From Balamuthia mandrillaris (Eukaryota), in the NCBI GenBank assembly GCA_031835245.2, contig JAVKOQ020000008.1, forward strand, positions 186,001 through 250,000: a stretch of 64,000 nt of DNA, written 5' to 3'. Position 1 is the stretch's first letter; the number at the start of each line of letters is the position of its first letter. This document shows, in pieces, positions 37,442-49,786 of the stretch. A program made the position numbers and the translations under genes. The notes under the pieces are model-generated. The model saw only the letters and a list, made by a program, of their open reading frames with translations. It searched no databases and was not told the DNA's origin.

Positions 37442-39481
37442 CCTCTTACCAACCATATTTTGCGCTGCGAAGGTGAGCTTCATGATGGGCGAAATAGAAG
37501 CAGAATGGGGCTTATCCTCCTGGGAAAGAGCCAGCTTGGGTGCTTGCGTCTTTCTGGGTATGTTACTGGGATCTTATATCTTTGGCTATTTAGCCGACAA
37601 GAAGGGCCGGCGCTTTGCATTCTTTCTGGTGGTGTGCGTGACAGGCTTCTTTGGAATCGTCAGCGCATTTGCCCCGACCTCACGTTTCTTTGGGTTTTCA
37701 TGGTTACTACTTGCCAGAGGGGCTGTGGGCGTTGGAGTAGGAGGTACATTCCGTGTTTCTTGTCTTTTTTCCTCTTGTGGATACTAACTGTCGTTTTTAA
37801 AAGGATTACATGTGTGTTTCTCGCTATTTCTCGAGTTTTTACCGGCCTCAGCGAGAGGACCATTCATTATACTCATAGAATTCTTTTGGTCGGTCGGTGC
37901 TCTGTTGGAGGCTGGGATGGCATGGTACGCTACCCTATCCTTCTCTCTTCTCTTCTTTTTATTCCACCAATCTTTCTTCACTCCTTGAATGTGCTTCTCA
38001 TTTGACGCTCATCTCGTTCAAAAAGGATTATTCTACCTCACCTCAACTGGAGATTCCTGCTGGCAGCGACGGCAGCGCCCTGTTTCATTGTGCTGATCTG
38101 TTTCCGGTTCTTGCCCGAGTCACCGCGATTCTACATTATTAGCGGAGAGAGAAAGAAAGCCATAGCAGTGCTTCAGCGTGTTGCTTCGGCCAACAAGTAC
38201 TTTTTAGCCTTACATTCTCCGTCCATTCTTCTCTCTTTATTTTGTACCTGACAACCGAAAAACTCAACACACGACAGGAAAAAGTTGCCAGAAGGTCAAT
38301 TGGAGGAAAAGGAATTACACGAGCGTGGCCAATTCAAAGATCTGGTCTCTCCTGCTTTGCGCAACACCACATTCCTGTTGTGGCTAATCTGGTTTACTAG
38401 TAGCTTCGTTTATTATGGCATTGTTCTCATGACCCCAGGTATCTCTGTTCTTTTTTCTTGTTATCTCTCTCCTTGCTTTGCTGACCTGTTAAAACCAACA
38501 GACTACTTTGGAGAAGGTGAAGACAACGATGTCTACCTTCCAATCCTGATCACAACTTTGGCTGAGCTGCCTGGCCTCTTCTTAACGGCTTATCTGGTAA
38601 ACAAAGTGGGAAGGAAGAAAACGTTGGCGCTCACCTTTCTCATCTGCGCTGTATGCACCTTTTTCCTCTTTCCACGCCTGCACATAGCTCTCTCCACCAC
38701 CTTTGCGGTTGGGTCTCGTGCTTCCATTTATGGAGCCTTTGCTGCCGCTTATGTCTATACTTCTGAGGTTCTTCCTATTTTCTTTGTTATTTATCTCTCT
38801 CCTTTCCGTTCTCGCTTTCGCTTCTTGTATTCTAACTTGAATGTTTTCAACAAAACTTGTTAGGTTTATCCAACAACATTAAGAGGAATAGGCCTGGGAT
38901 CAGCAACAGCAGTAGCGAGAGCAGGTGGAGTGGCGACGCCGTTCGTTGTGGAGGTGTTGTCGGAGATGGTGGGACGTGCTGCCCCTCTTCTCATTTTTGC
39001 TTGCTTTAGCGGCATGTCCGCTGTGGCTTCCATGATTCTTTCCGTGGAAACAGCGAATAGAGAGTTGGCGGATAGTCTTTCTTCCACGGATGAAGCGAGC
39101 GAGGAACTTGAACTTATTCCGATGAGAGAAGTGGATTTAGAGAAAGGAGGAATGGAACAGCGTAAGAAGAGAAAGAGCAAACAAGGAGGATTGCTAAACA
39201 ATGACGACGATGAAGAGGTGGAAGAAGAACCAATGGAAAAAGTACATGAGGGCGACGGAGAAGGTGACCCAGAACAAGGACCTAGAAAGAAAGTGGCTGT
39301 GGTCGCTGGCAGAAAGGATAAAACGAGAGGAAATGCAGAGGCCAGTTCTGCTGCAAGCGGCAACATCACCGTTCGTGGAAAGACCAAACGAATGTTGAAG
39401 CGAAGCGCAAACGAAGAGGACGTCAATGAGGACGATGATGACCGCACGTTGTTGACAAACGAAGCGGAGGAGGAAAGATGA
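36793..39481 (+). CDS. SV2/SVOP-like organic cation MFS transporter
   Basis: AINKLGFGWFQ, GYLADKKGRR, LPESPRF, YYGIVL, ELPG..KVGRKKT and YTSEVYPTTLRGIGLG. Confidence 0.9.
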
Positions 39482-39550
39482 TTCATGCCAACGACAACTT
39501 GCATCTTCAACTGCGCTGTACAAAATAACAACATCCATGAATGAGCTGAT

Positions 39551-40436
39551 TCATGCGGTAAGCAAGTCCTCCATTTCTTTCCGCATTGCCGCCATGTCCA
39601 CTCTAAAGTTGCCTTGCTCCAAAAACGCCATCAACTCCTTCGTGGCCGCTCCATAAAACTCCCGCAATACAGATTTCGTTTCGTCTGTCATATCTCCTTC
39701 AGACTTGTGGTTGCTGCCCAGCCCACTGGTTACCGCCTCTTTGTCTTCTTCGGACTTGAACTCCAAAGGCCTTCCTACGAACTCGGAGATGCGTCGCAAG
39801 ACGTCCATCTGCCTCTCTGCCAGTTCGTGGCTGGCGAAGAAGATCATCTGCTCGGGGCTGAAGCCAGCGCAAAGGAAGTTGCGTATCTGACTCACGTACA
39901 ATCCTCTCGTGAGAAAGAGGTGAGGATATTTTCTGGAGAAGCATCGCATGTGGCAGTGTTCCGTGAAGCATTCCAGAAAGGGAGGATCCAGCTCCAACCC
40001 CGACACACATTGCCCGTCCCCTTTCGGTTGTTGCAAGAGGTGGTCACATGCTCGGGAGACCCCGAGGTAGTGCTGTGTTATGTTGTGAAACTCTTCCGGG
40101 GTGCCGAGCTCCCTTGGAAGTAGCCAGAGTAGGCCCTTTGGATGGGGTTCCTCAAGACAAACACGAGCTTCGCGTGGGGATAAGGTCCTCCTTGCCTAGG
40201 ACCTGCTGCATTAGCCAGGGAGAACGCAGCAGCACCATGTAGGCGGGAGTGACTTCAACCAGTATGGTGGAGGGGGAGTGTGTTGGTTGTGTCTGTTGCT
40301 CTCGTTCTTCCGGCCATAAAGAAAGGTACTTGCGTCGGAGGGTGCCAGGATCCACGCCTTGTTTCATCTTCTGTATATGACGGTCGAAAAAATGGAGTTC
40401 TGCAGGCAGGAACGTAGAGTAAGTCAAGTTAGGAAC

Positions 40437-40487
<51 letters not shown>

Positions 40488-40878
40488 GAAAAGAGAAGAA
40501 AGAGGAAAAGAGACAGAATGGCATCAAGCGCAGCACGCAAACCCTTTATTTCATTTTTCGGAGTGGTGGCCCATGAAAGCGCCCGCAGAAAATAGAACAA
40601 ACTTGTGGTTCCGCCTGACCATTTTCAATAACAGAAAGAAAGAAAGAAAGAGAGAAACGTTACTTCTCTCGACTAAAAGTGGTGAACATGAAGGACAAGT
40701 GCTCACACTTTTGACAGCCGACACCGATGAGAAGTTTTGTGTCCATGGAAGACAAACCGAATGTGAGCTGCTGCTGTTGGTGTTGGTCAACCGACCCAAG
40801 CTGAGTCATAAACAAGTACACCAGGGTGAGCAACGCCCCAGCCGGAAGCAGCAAGGCAAACACTCTTCCTCTTGTCAT
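39551..40878 (-). CDS. Type II membrane PAPS sulfotransferase (paralog A); two homopolymer frameshifts as assembled
   Basis: N-terminal TM; spliced 5'-PSB motif IGVGCQKCGTTSL; ELHFFD, EVTPAY; LRNPIQRAYSGY appears after a frame change at 40176-40179 and again at 40111-40113. Confidence 0.75.
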
Positions 40879-41093
40879 TCCTTTATTCTGCAGCAATACT
40901 CCCAATCATTACGGTTTCATAACGCCACTTGTTAACTGCGCTATCATCGTCATTGTGTCAGAGGACAGAGAAGGAACGAAAAAATGAATGAAGCACCATT
41001 CATGTCCACCGTAAAGCCCCTCTCCAAGAACTCCACAAGCACCTGGAAAGTCGTGCACTCGAAGCGAACTCGGAGACACACGAGAATGTTATG

Positions 41094-42453
41094 TTATCCT
41101 TCCAACAACCCAGCCATTTCTTTTCGTAACGCCGCCATGTCCACAAGAAAGCCCCCTTGCTCCAAAAACTGCACCAAGAGTTTCGTCTCCTCCCGGTAAA
41201 ACTCCTGCAGCATCGCTATGGATTCCTCATCCATCTCCCCTTTGGCCTTGGATGTAAGCTTAACTCCATTAAGCACTTTCGCAGGGCCCTTGTTGGAGGT
41301 GAACTGAAAGGGTCGTCCTACAAACTCAGATACGCGCTGTAGCACGTCCAGCTGGTTCTCCACAAGCTCATGGAAGGTGAAGAACATCATCTGTTGAGGT
41401 TGGAAGCCGGCACAGAGCATGTTTTGAATCTGGTCGAGGTATTGGCCCCTGCTGAGGTAGTGTGGATACTTGAGGTGATGACACAAGGTCGCGGTGTGGC
41501 AGTGCTGCCAGGAACATGCCCCAAGATTTGAGGTTTGTCCTTTGGTCATGCATAACCCGCTATGCTCCGTTTGTTGTAGTTGTTGTTCCATGTTGTGCCC
41601 GCAGTCTTGAAGGACATCGAGGGAATGCTTTGTGATCTCTTTGAACTGGTCAGACGTGCCTTTTTTGCCGTGGAAGTATCCTGAGTACGCCCGTTGAATG
41701 GGGTTCCTCAGCATGATGATGAGCATCACATGAGGCAACACATCTGACTTGGCAAAAACCTGGTGCATGACCCATGGCGTATCAGGATTGAACATGTAGT
41801 CAGGTGTGATCTCCACCAGCACGTGTTGTGAGGGAGAACTGTTGTAGGTTTGCTCAGGCCAGTAGGAAAGGTATCTGTCTAGGATGGTTCGTTCCGTCCC
41901 TGCTTCGACATGCCCCTGTAGCTTATGGTCAAAAAAATGAAGTTCTTTTTCAACAGAGAGCGTGAGCAAGCGAGTGACAGAAAGAGAGAGTGAGAGTGAG
42001 TGAAAGAGAAAGAGAGAAACGAATGCCAAGAGAAGCAGAGAAGGGAGCGAGAACGAGAACAAGAGTCATGCAACGACACAACTGACCTTTTGCAAAACGC
42101 CCCTCCGCTGTTGTGGCCCATTTCAACGTTCGAAGGTACGCAAACAAACTGGTCGTTCCACCTGTTTTTTTGAACAATGAAAAACGCAGCCAACACAAGG
42201 GCTGGACTAGGTACGAACACTTTTGGCAGCCCACTCCGATTAAAAGTTTCGTGGTTCGCTTTGTCAAGTGAGTATCATTCGCTTTGAGCACGATGTCCGT
42301 GGTGTTGCGATGGTCCTCACCCTCCGTAACGTTCTCATGTTCACCTAGAGGAACGGGGAGTGGTAGTTCAGGGCCAACCCCACCCCAGACGCAGTAAAAC
42401 AGTATCAAGGACGCAGCGGCAGTCGAAAGAAAAAACAGTGTCGCACGGGTCAT
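41094..42453 (-). CDS. Type II membrane PAPS sulfotransferase (paralog B), HS3ST/NDST-like domain
   Basis: TM anchor, IGVGCQKCGTTSL, KELHFFD, EITPDY, LRNPIQRAYSGY and LSRGQY; same intron positions as paralog A. Confidence 0.88.
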
Positions 42454-42752
42454 TTGCTTGCATCCAGCAAACAGAGGGAAACTAACCGCCACTGTCCTTT
42501 CTACCGAGTGCCTTCCCCAGGGCTAGCTATCCCGTCTCTCTTTGTTCATGTGCAAAGGAATTCATCCTATGAGGACTCGTGAACAAGAGTGCCGTTTCGT
42601 GCAACATGGACACATATTAGTCCACCTCAAATTGGAAATGTTTGATAGTACATATATAGGGCTATTATATGAGGGAAAATGCAATTAAGAGAACCTTACG
42701 ATAAAAAGCCAACAAGAAACACAACCTTGCCTTTCCCCTCCGGTCTGCCGCC

Positions 42753-44493
42753 ATGACTGCAATCGCTACACTCGGAGGCCTTTCGCCATGGCTGTGGATG
42801 GCGATAGGGGTGGCCGCCCTCCTGCTTTGGCTCACCCAGAACCGCAGGACCGAACAGCAACGTCAAAGTAACGCTGCTCATTGGAGCTGGTGGCTGCGGT
42901 GGTGGCTCCTCGGTGAGTCCCAAGGAGAGCCTCCGTTGGTTCGGGGATGGCTGCCTTGGGTGGGCGTGCTGCCTGCCTTTGCCAAAGATGCCGGCAACCT
43001 GCTCTTCCGCTGCAAAGAGCGTCACGGGGACGTCTTCACCCTCATCGTCGCCGGCCAACGCCTGACCTTCCTCACCGACCCCGCTTGCTACGGCCAGATC
43101 TTCAAGGCCAAGAAGGAGCTGCTCAGCTTCAGGCAGCTGGCCGAGGACGTGAGCGACAAGGCCTTTGCGCTGCCCGTCCATGAGATCCCGCCGGAGAAGG
43201 AGCAGGTGCTTGCCCGACAGTACATAACCTGCCTTCAAGGAGAGGAGTTGGGCGCCCTCACGCTCAACATGCAAAGACACTTGCACCACATCTTTGCCCA
43301 ACAGCTGTTGATGGCCCCGAAGCAAGCTGGAGAGGAGGAGAAGAATGAAGGCGACAATGGATGGAGAACGGGTCACTTGTTTGAGTTTGTGACGAGAGTT
43401 ATGAACGAGGCTGGCATCAAGACGGTGTTTGGAGAGGAGTGCTGGTCGGAGAGTATGCTTCAGCAGCACCTGACTTTTGACGGAGGCTTCCCTCTCCTTG
43501 TTGCTGGTTTGGTCCTCTTCTATGCTCCCCTCCTCCTCTTCCTGCTCTGCTCTCTGCTCTCTTGCTCTCTCGCTCTCTGCTCTCTCGCTCTTTCTGTCTT
43601 TCTCACCATCTACTCGCAAAGGAATGCCCAAATGGATGGCAAAGAAGCCGATCGCCGCCAGAGAAGCCCTTTGGAACCTGTTCCTGGAAGCCTTCTCTCC
43701 CTCCACCAAAGGCAAGCACGACGACGCCAGCAGGCTCATCCGTGAGCGCGAGGAAATGTTTGGACGAGAGAGCCCCGACCAGGCGCTGCTTCTGAGCAAG
43801 CTCCACACGAGCATCTTGTGGGCCGCTCAGGCCAATACCGTTCCCGCCACCTTTTGGACCATTGCCTACCTCCTCAACGATCCCTCCGCCAAACAATCCA
43901 TCCAACAAGAGCTCGATGACGTCCTCTCCACTGTTCATCCCTCTTCATCTTTGAAGGAGCTCAACATCACGAACGCAGCGACAGAAGACCTGTTTTTTAA
44001 GGAGAGAGCGGAGATGAATCAGTTGCAGCGATTGGAGAGTGCCATCTCGGAGGCGCTGAGACTCACCAGTGGAGGATTGACCGGTCGCAAAGTGTTGGTG
44101 AATCAAGAGCTAACGCTGCGCACCACCGGGCGTAGCTACAAGCTTCGTGCAGGGGATCATCTCTCCCTCTATCCTTACCTCTCCCATCGTGATCCAGAGA
44201 TATACACGGAGGCAGAGCGTTTCGTCTTTGATCGGTTCCTGTCTCCTTCCACCGCGGAGCTTCCGTTCTTGCCTTTTGGGGGTGGCATAAGCCAATGTCC
44301 GGGAAGATTCTTTGCAAGGAATGAGATCAAGCTCTTTGTGGCCCTCTTTCTGAGGTGCTTTGAGGTGGAGCTGCTTCTTCCGACGGCTCTCTCTTTGGAT
44401 GATCCGCGATGGCCTCAACTTGACCAGTCGAGAGTTGGTTTGGGCATTCTTCCTCCCACTTTCGACATTCCTTTCCGCTTTCGCTTGAGATGA
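42753..44493 (+). CDS. Cytochrome P450, CYP7/CYP8 clan (sterol 7-alpha-hydroxylase-like); intron 43507-43621
   Basis: TM anchor, PPLVRGWLPWVG hinge, I-helix LWAAQANTVPATFW, EALR, heme motif PFGGGISQCPGRFFARNEIK and DQSRVGLGILPP. Confidence 0.9.
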
Positions 44494-44567
44494 TTTTGTT
44501 TGTTATGAAAAACCAAAGAAATAAAAGTAATCAAACCCATATTTGTCGTTGTTTCTATCCTTTACGT

Positions 44568-45593
44568 TCACTTCTTCTTGTTGGTGGCAAGTCCTTTTTG
44601 GATCTCTAAAACATCGTGGAGAACGCCTTGCAGGAACTCTTCGATCGCAGGTCCTTCCTCTGACTTCTCTTCCAACAGAAACTTGTTCAGGAGGTCATGC
44701 TCCTCTGGAGCGCCGGCTTTCACCATCACCACTTGTGGCGTGATTAATCTTTCTCCTTTCAGTTGATTTATCTTTTGGCGAAGGGTGCTGTCCTTTGGTA
44801 AGGGCCACACCCGCGACTCTTTCTTGTTTCTCCTTTTTTCCGTTTCAGGTACTTCTTCATTTTCTGGTTCTTTCTGCTTCGTCACACCGTCTGCTTCTGT
44901 GGATGATGGTCTATAGTATGCGCAGAGTAACGTGAAAGCATCCAACAAGAAGAGTGGTGGAGGGGAAGAGGCAAAGGAGGTTCTGCGTAGGGGAAGTTGT
45001 TGCTGCGCAAGATCGTTGGGGCCGGTAAAGGATGAAAGGTCTGGATAGAGTGCTTTGTAAAGATAACGAGGTTCCAACCCGCTATATTTCAAGTGGTCAG
45101 CTAGAAGAAAACATGCACAAGAAGGGACGTACCTGTAGAGACATTGAAGGTAGGTTCTGGTGTCGCTATCTAAACCCTCAGCTTTCAACAAGCCATTCTT
45201 GAGAAGGGCAAATGATGAGCGTACTAAGTTTTGTAAGAGCGATGAACGAGACAGACAATAATCCAGCTGTATTTTTTGTAAAATGTGTAAACGTACGGGG
45301 GAAAAAAACGGATGGGAAGAAAAAATAAAAACTGCAAGATAAAGAGTGTACCTTTTGTGGGTCAGAAAGTTGCAAGTATGAAGTCATATCCCCATCCTCG
45401 GGTATGTCTCCTTCCTCCAAATTATCAATAGGTGATGGTCCCCGTTTGCTCCTGTTTCTTTGTTGCTTAGTAAAGTTTTCCAAGTAACGAGCAACAGTGG
45501 TGATAAGCCAGTCACGCAACAGCAACCTCGCCTCTTCCACTCCATCTTCAATCGATGCTTTTATCAACTAATAAAACATGTCAGTCATCATGC

Positions 45594-45632
<39 letters not shown>

Positions 45633-46228
45633 TGAGGAGGAAAACAGAAGAGGGAAGTACCTTGTGGGTGAGGATGGACAAGATGTTTTCTGAAAAGGCA
45701 GATTTGTAGAGTTTCTTCAAACTACGAGCAACCTCCAGTTGAATGGTATATATTCGAACACGTCTCTTGACCTCCCGATTAGGGTCGTGCAAAGATGGAA
45801 TGTATGTATAGGCGAACGCCATCTGCACGGCTGGCCTTTCGTTGCTATTAATAGATAGATAGGTTACACGATTCAAAATTAGAGTGGAGATAGAAAGGAA
45901 GCATAACAGAATGTAAACAAAAGAAAAGGAGACAAAACGTGGCAAACACACCCATACAAAGAATTAGACTCTAAAAACTCAAAGTCGAAAGCAAAGCATT
46001 TGTGTTGATCACAACCAGCGATGCGATAAAGGTTGTCAAAGTTGGTATCGGGATAGAAATGACCAAAGGCGCGGCATGTGCGAAACTCTTCCGAAGTACG
46101 AAGGCGAAGCATTGCATGACTGGCTTGTGGTCTGCTAAACTGGCGATAACTACAACCAATAAATGAGATTAGCTAAAGTTCTCTTGCTGACACCAAAAGG
46201 AAAGGTTGGGAAAGAAATTTAAGGGAAG

Positions 46229-46272
<44 letters not shown>

Positions 46273-46946
46273 GCAAGAAGAAGAAGAAGAAGAAGAAGAA
46301 CAAGAAGAAGAGAGTGAGAGGGATAAGTGTACATGTCTTGAGGAAGGGTGGCACTCTCAACGGTATCATAGACCATCAAATTACCCCCAGTCAAAACGGT
46401 CAAGTCTTTGAGAGAAGCCAGTCCCACGTATTTGCTTGTGACAACAAAAAGATCGATACAAGTTCCAGCCTCTGCTGCTCTTTCCGCCTGCGCATAGCAT
46501 GTTCAAAATTTAATAATAACAAATTTTGAAAAAGAGCAAGTGGAATCCGACCTGTTCTAGGTAAAAACGATGCTGAGGCTTTAAGGAGTCTACACTTTCG
46601 TTGCCATCATCCAGAGCACCGATACCGTAGTTGGGCCACCCACAAAGGAATGTCAATAAACGGACTAGGCAATAGAATGTTAATGAAGTTAAGGCAGAAA
46701 TGAGACTAAGGAGAAGTATAAGAGATGATCAAACCATTCTTGATACTTGATCCAAAGAGCTCAAGGAAATCAATGGTGGACTTTATGGCTGGACCAAATC
46801 CTCGTTGTGCATTTTCATTTCCTACAAGAGTGCTTCCATTGACGACTCGCAAACTATCTATTGCAGCTGCGACATTGGCTTCATTGCTGGATAACTGTCA
46901 TGTTTGTAATTAAGGTAAAGAGTGTTCTCAGCGAGAGCGAGAGAGC

Positions 46947-47026
<80 letters not shown>

Positions 47027-47947
47027 ATTTACCTCTACCAGAAAATTGCAAAGAGGGAGGACTTCTTCGAGACCAATGGAGCAACTACCTTCCGAACGTA
47101 CTCCCACATGTTTCACGTGAGGAACAGGACTGGCAAGGTCATATACGCTCACCCTCCCTGAAAACGTCACTAGCCCAAATAGACAGCTCGGTGGCAATGC
47201 TTTATGTGCACCTGGTGTTATTCATTTGGCAGCGAGAACGAGGGAACAACGACAGAAGAGAGAGCAAGATAACGAGAACGAGAGAAGAGAAGAAGAAGAG
47301 AGCAAGAGAACAATAGAGCAAGAGAAGAGAAGAGGCGAGAAGAAGAGAGGAGAAGAAGAGACGAGAAACGAGAGACAAGCGAAAGAGATGAGAGAAGCGA
47401 GATAGAAACCTTTCAAAGCACCAAGGAGTCCACTCTTCACCAACTCAAGGCTCTCGGGTGTGCCACTCACATCCACAAGGGCAATGAACACGGCCTGGGG
47501 CGGCAAGGCCAGTTCTCCCTGCTGCTGCTCCGCCTCATCGGGCACTTGGAACTCCACAAAATTGTACTTGAGCTCGGGCAGGACACGTCTCTTCTGCGGG
47601 GTGGAGTAGCGACGTGAGGGCTTGTTGACGTTGTCGCAGAGGCAGCACTGCCACCCGTTCAGCCCAAATGTGGCGTAGGGGTTGATGTAGGCGAAGCACT
47701 GCTGGCAGCGGGCTATTTTGGAGACCTTGACGTTGGTCTCCTTGAGGAGGCCTTCCTCGGGAGAGATGAAGGGCTGCACCACCACTCCCCATGGCAAACC
47801 GCTTGCTTGCTTCATTCCAGCTGAGGGAGGAGCGTGACAAGACAAAAAACGGGTTCGAAGTAGTGTGAGAAGAACGAAGTCATCAGAGTTTTACAAAAAG
47901 CACGTACTGCTTTCCGGAAAGTGTTGAAGAGAAAGCCTTAGCGCCAT
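44568..47947 (-). CDS. Sec23/Sec24-family protein (divergent, resembles plant SEC23D type)
   Basis: MALRLSLQHFP..ASGLPWGVVVQPF, zinc finger RCQQCFAYINPY..WQCCLC, vWA-like FIALVDVSG, and a gelsolin-like FLLDAF; many exons. Confidence 0.82.
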
Positions 47948-48199
47948 GGTGGAACGTGACGAGAGTGAGAAGGAAGGAAAGAAACGGGCAAAGACAAAGA
48001 CCAAATGGAGGACTCGCCAGAAGAGCAGCGCTTCTTTCTTCTCTTTTCTTTCTTTTTGGGGTGTGGCGCGTGCTTGACATTTTTGTCATATTTGGCATTC
48101 TTTCATACGATCGAAATTCTATTGAAATCAAAATTGATATTACGATCAGCTGACGTGTGTTGTCTGCATAAATTCAGCGAGCCGAAGAGAGCGGATGTG

Positions 48200-49080
48200 A
48201 TGGATGAGAATGCTGAGAGCTGCGAGGACCCCAAAGAGGTCTTTGAGATCTTTGACGAGGAGAACCGTTTGGTAGGAAAAGAGTACAGAGGCAAGGTGCA
48301 TAAGCTAGGCCTGTTGCACCGGTCGGTTAACGTGCTGCTCATCAGCGACAAAGGAGAACTGCTGCTGCAGAAACGCTCTTCCAGAAAATTAATCTGTCCC
48401 TCTTGTTGGGACCTTTCGGTACCTTTTTTTTTTTCCATAACTCTCGTTCATGGAGTGGTTGGCTCTCATCTATGTCTCAAAAACGACACCAGGTATCAGA
48501 GCATTTACAACCAGGAGAGACATTTCAAGCCGCTGTACTAAGAGGCCTCAAGGAAGAGCTCCATTTGGACGTAGCGGCCTCTCTCGATGCTGACAAAGAC
48601 ATCAAACGCATACGCGCGGCACACCTCTGTCGAACAGACTATCCGCAACAAGGCTTGAAGGACTACGAATGGAACGAGTGTTGGGCTGTCCGCCTGGCAA
48701 TCGGCAACGATGAACACCTCCTGGAGGTCCAAGTGGACCAAGAAGAGGTCAGCGAGGCCAAATGGGTTCCTCTTCCAGAGGTCACTCGCATGGTGCGTGT
48801 TCATCGCTCTAGAAACAACAACCTTTGCAAGCACAACAACGAGGATGACGATAGTCGACAGAGAATTGTGGAATGGAGAAGCAGAGACGATGATCATGAA
48901 GAAGAAGTTGTGTGGAGGCTGGACAACCACGAAGAAGAGGAGGAGGTCATCAGGTTAACCCCATGGTTCCTCAGCGAATGGGGCTTCTTGGTAAGGCAGC
49001 TGGGCAAAACCAACCCCAACCACCCCACAGAGGAGGACAGCCCTCTTTCCTGGTTCTCTCCAGTGTCTGCTTGCCAGTGA
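48200..49080 (+). CDS. Nudix hydrolase (IDI/YfcD-like)
   Basis: VHKLGLLHRSVNV..LLLQKRS..K..P..WDLSVSEHLQPGE..AVLRGLKEEL..EEVSEAKW; one intron. Confidence 0.85.
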
Positions 49081-49210
49081 TTGGAAAAAATTGTTAATAT
49101 TGTATGATTATTCTCGATATGTAACGATTATTGTTCATTATTCACAATATTATTGTACCTTTTCAGAGAAGAAAAAAACAAAACTTTAAAACCAAAAAAA
49201 AAAACAAAAG

Positions 49211-49650
49211 ATGTCTTTTGCAGAGGTATTCCCGGACGAAGTGTGCTTCCATATATTCAACCAGTTGAACAGGAAGGAGCTGTTTGTGGCTTCCTCTGTT
49301 TGCAGGTAAGACGTCGTCTGCTCCACATACTCGGAATTTTTAGAATTGAATTTTTTTTATATCAACAGGAGCTGGAGAGCTTTTATCAAGAACTATCCCG
49401 ACCTGTTTTGGTGGAAGAACATGCCCAAAGGGAAGAGCTCTCTGTGCAGCAACACATCTCTGGCTCATACGGGCGAGAAAGACACACAGATCTCCGACCT
49501 CCTCATCGGCAGCAACGGGATCATCGCTTGGGTTCGTTTCTCGTCCTTGCTTTTTTATTGTTTCTTACTTCTTTTCTGATGTTTCTCGCTTTCTTCTTCA
49601 TCTTGTTCCCCAAGCAGGTTCCTCGACCAGCTTGTGACATGCGTTTCTAG
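49211..49650 (+). CDS. F-box-only small protein (~96 aa, 3 exons) or truncated F-box gene
   Basis: FPDEVCFHIFNQL..ELFVASSVCR|SWR F-box consensus across intron 49306-49368; second intron 49532-49617; TAG at 49648-49650. Confidence 0.6.
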
Positions 49651-49786
49651 CTGGAGAAGAGAGAAAAAAGGTGGGTGCAGAGCGGTTCGTCAGCTTTGAA
49701 CTGAAATTGTATTATGTGAAAAAAAGAGAGAAGCCTTGTAAACAAAAAGAAAGAAAGAAAGAAAGAAAGAAGTAAAACAAGCGAAG

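Noticed and set aside
42696..43814. 372-aa minus-strand ORF (also 35761-36552 and 20919-21542)
   Set aside because: Antisense to well-supported GC-rich coding exons.
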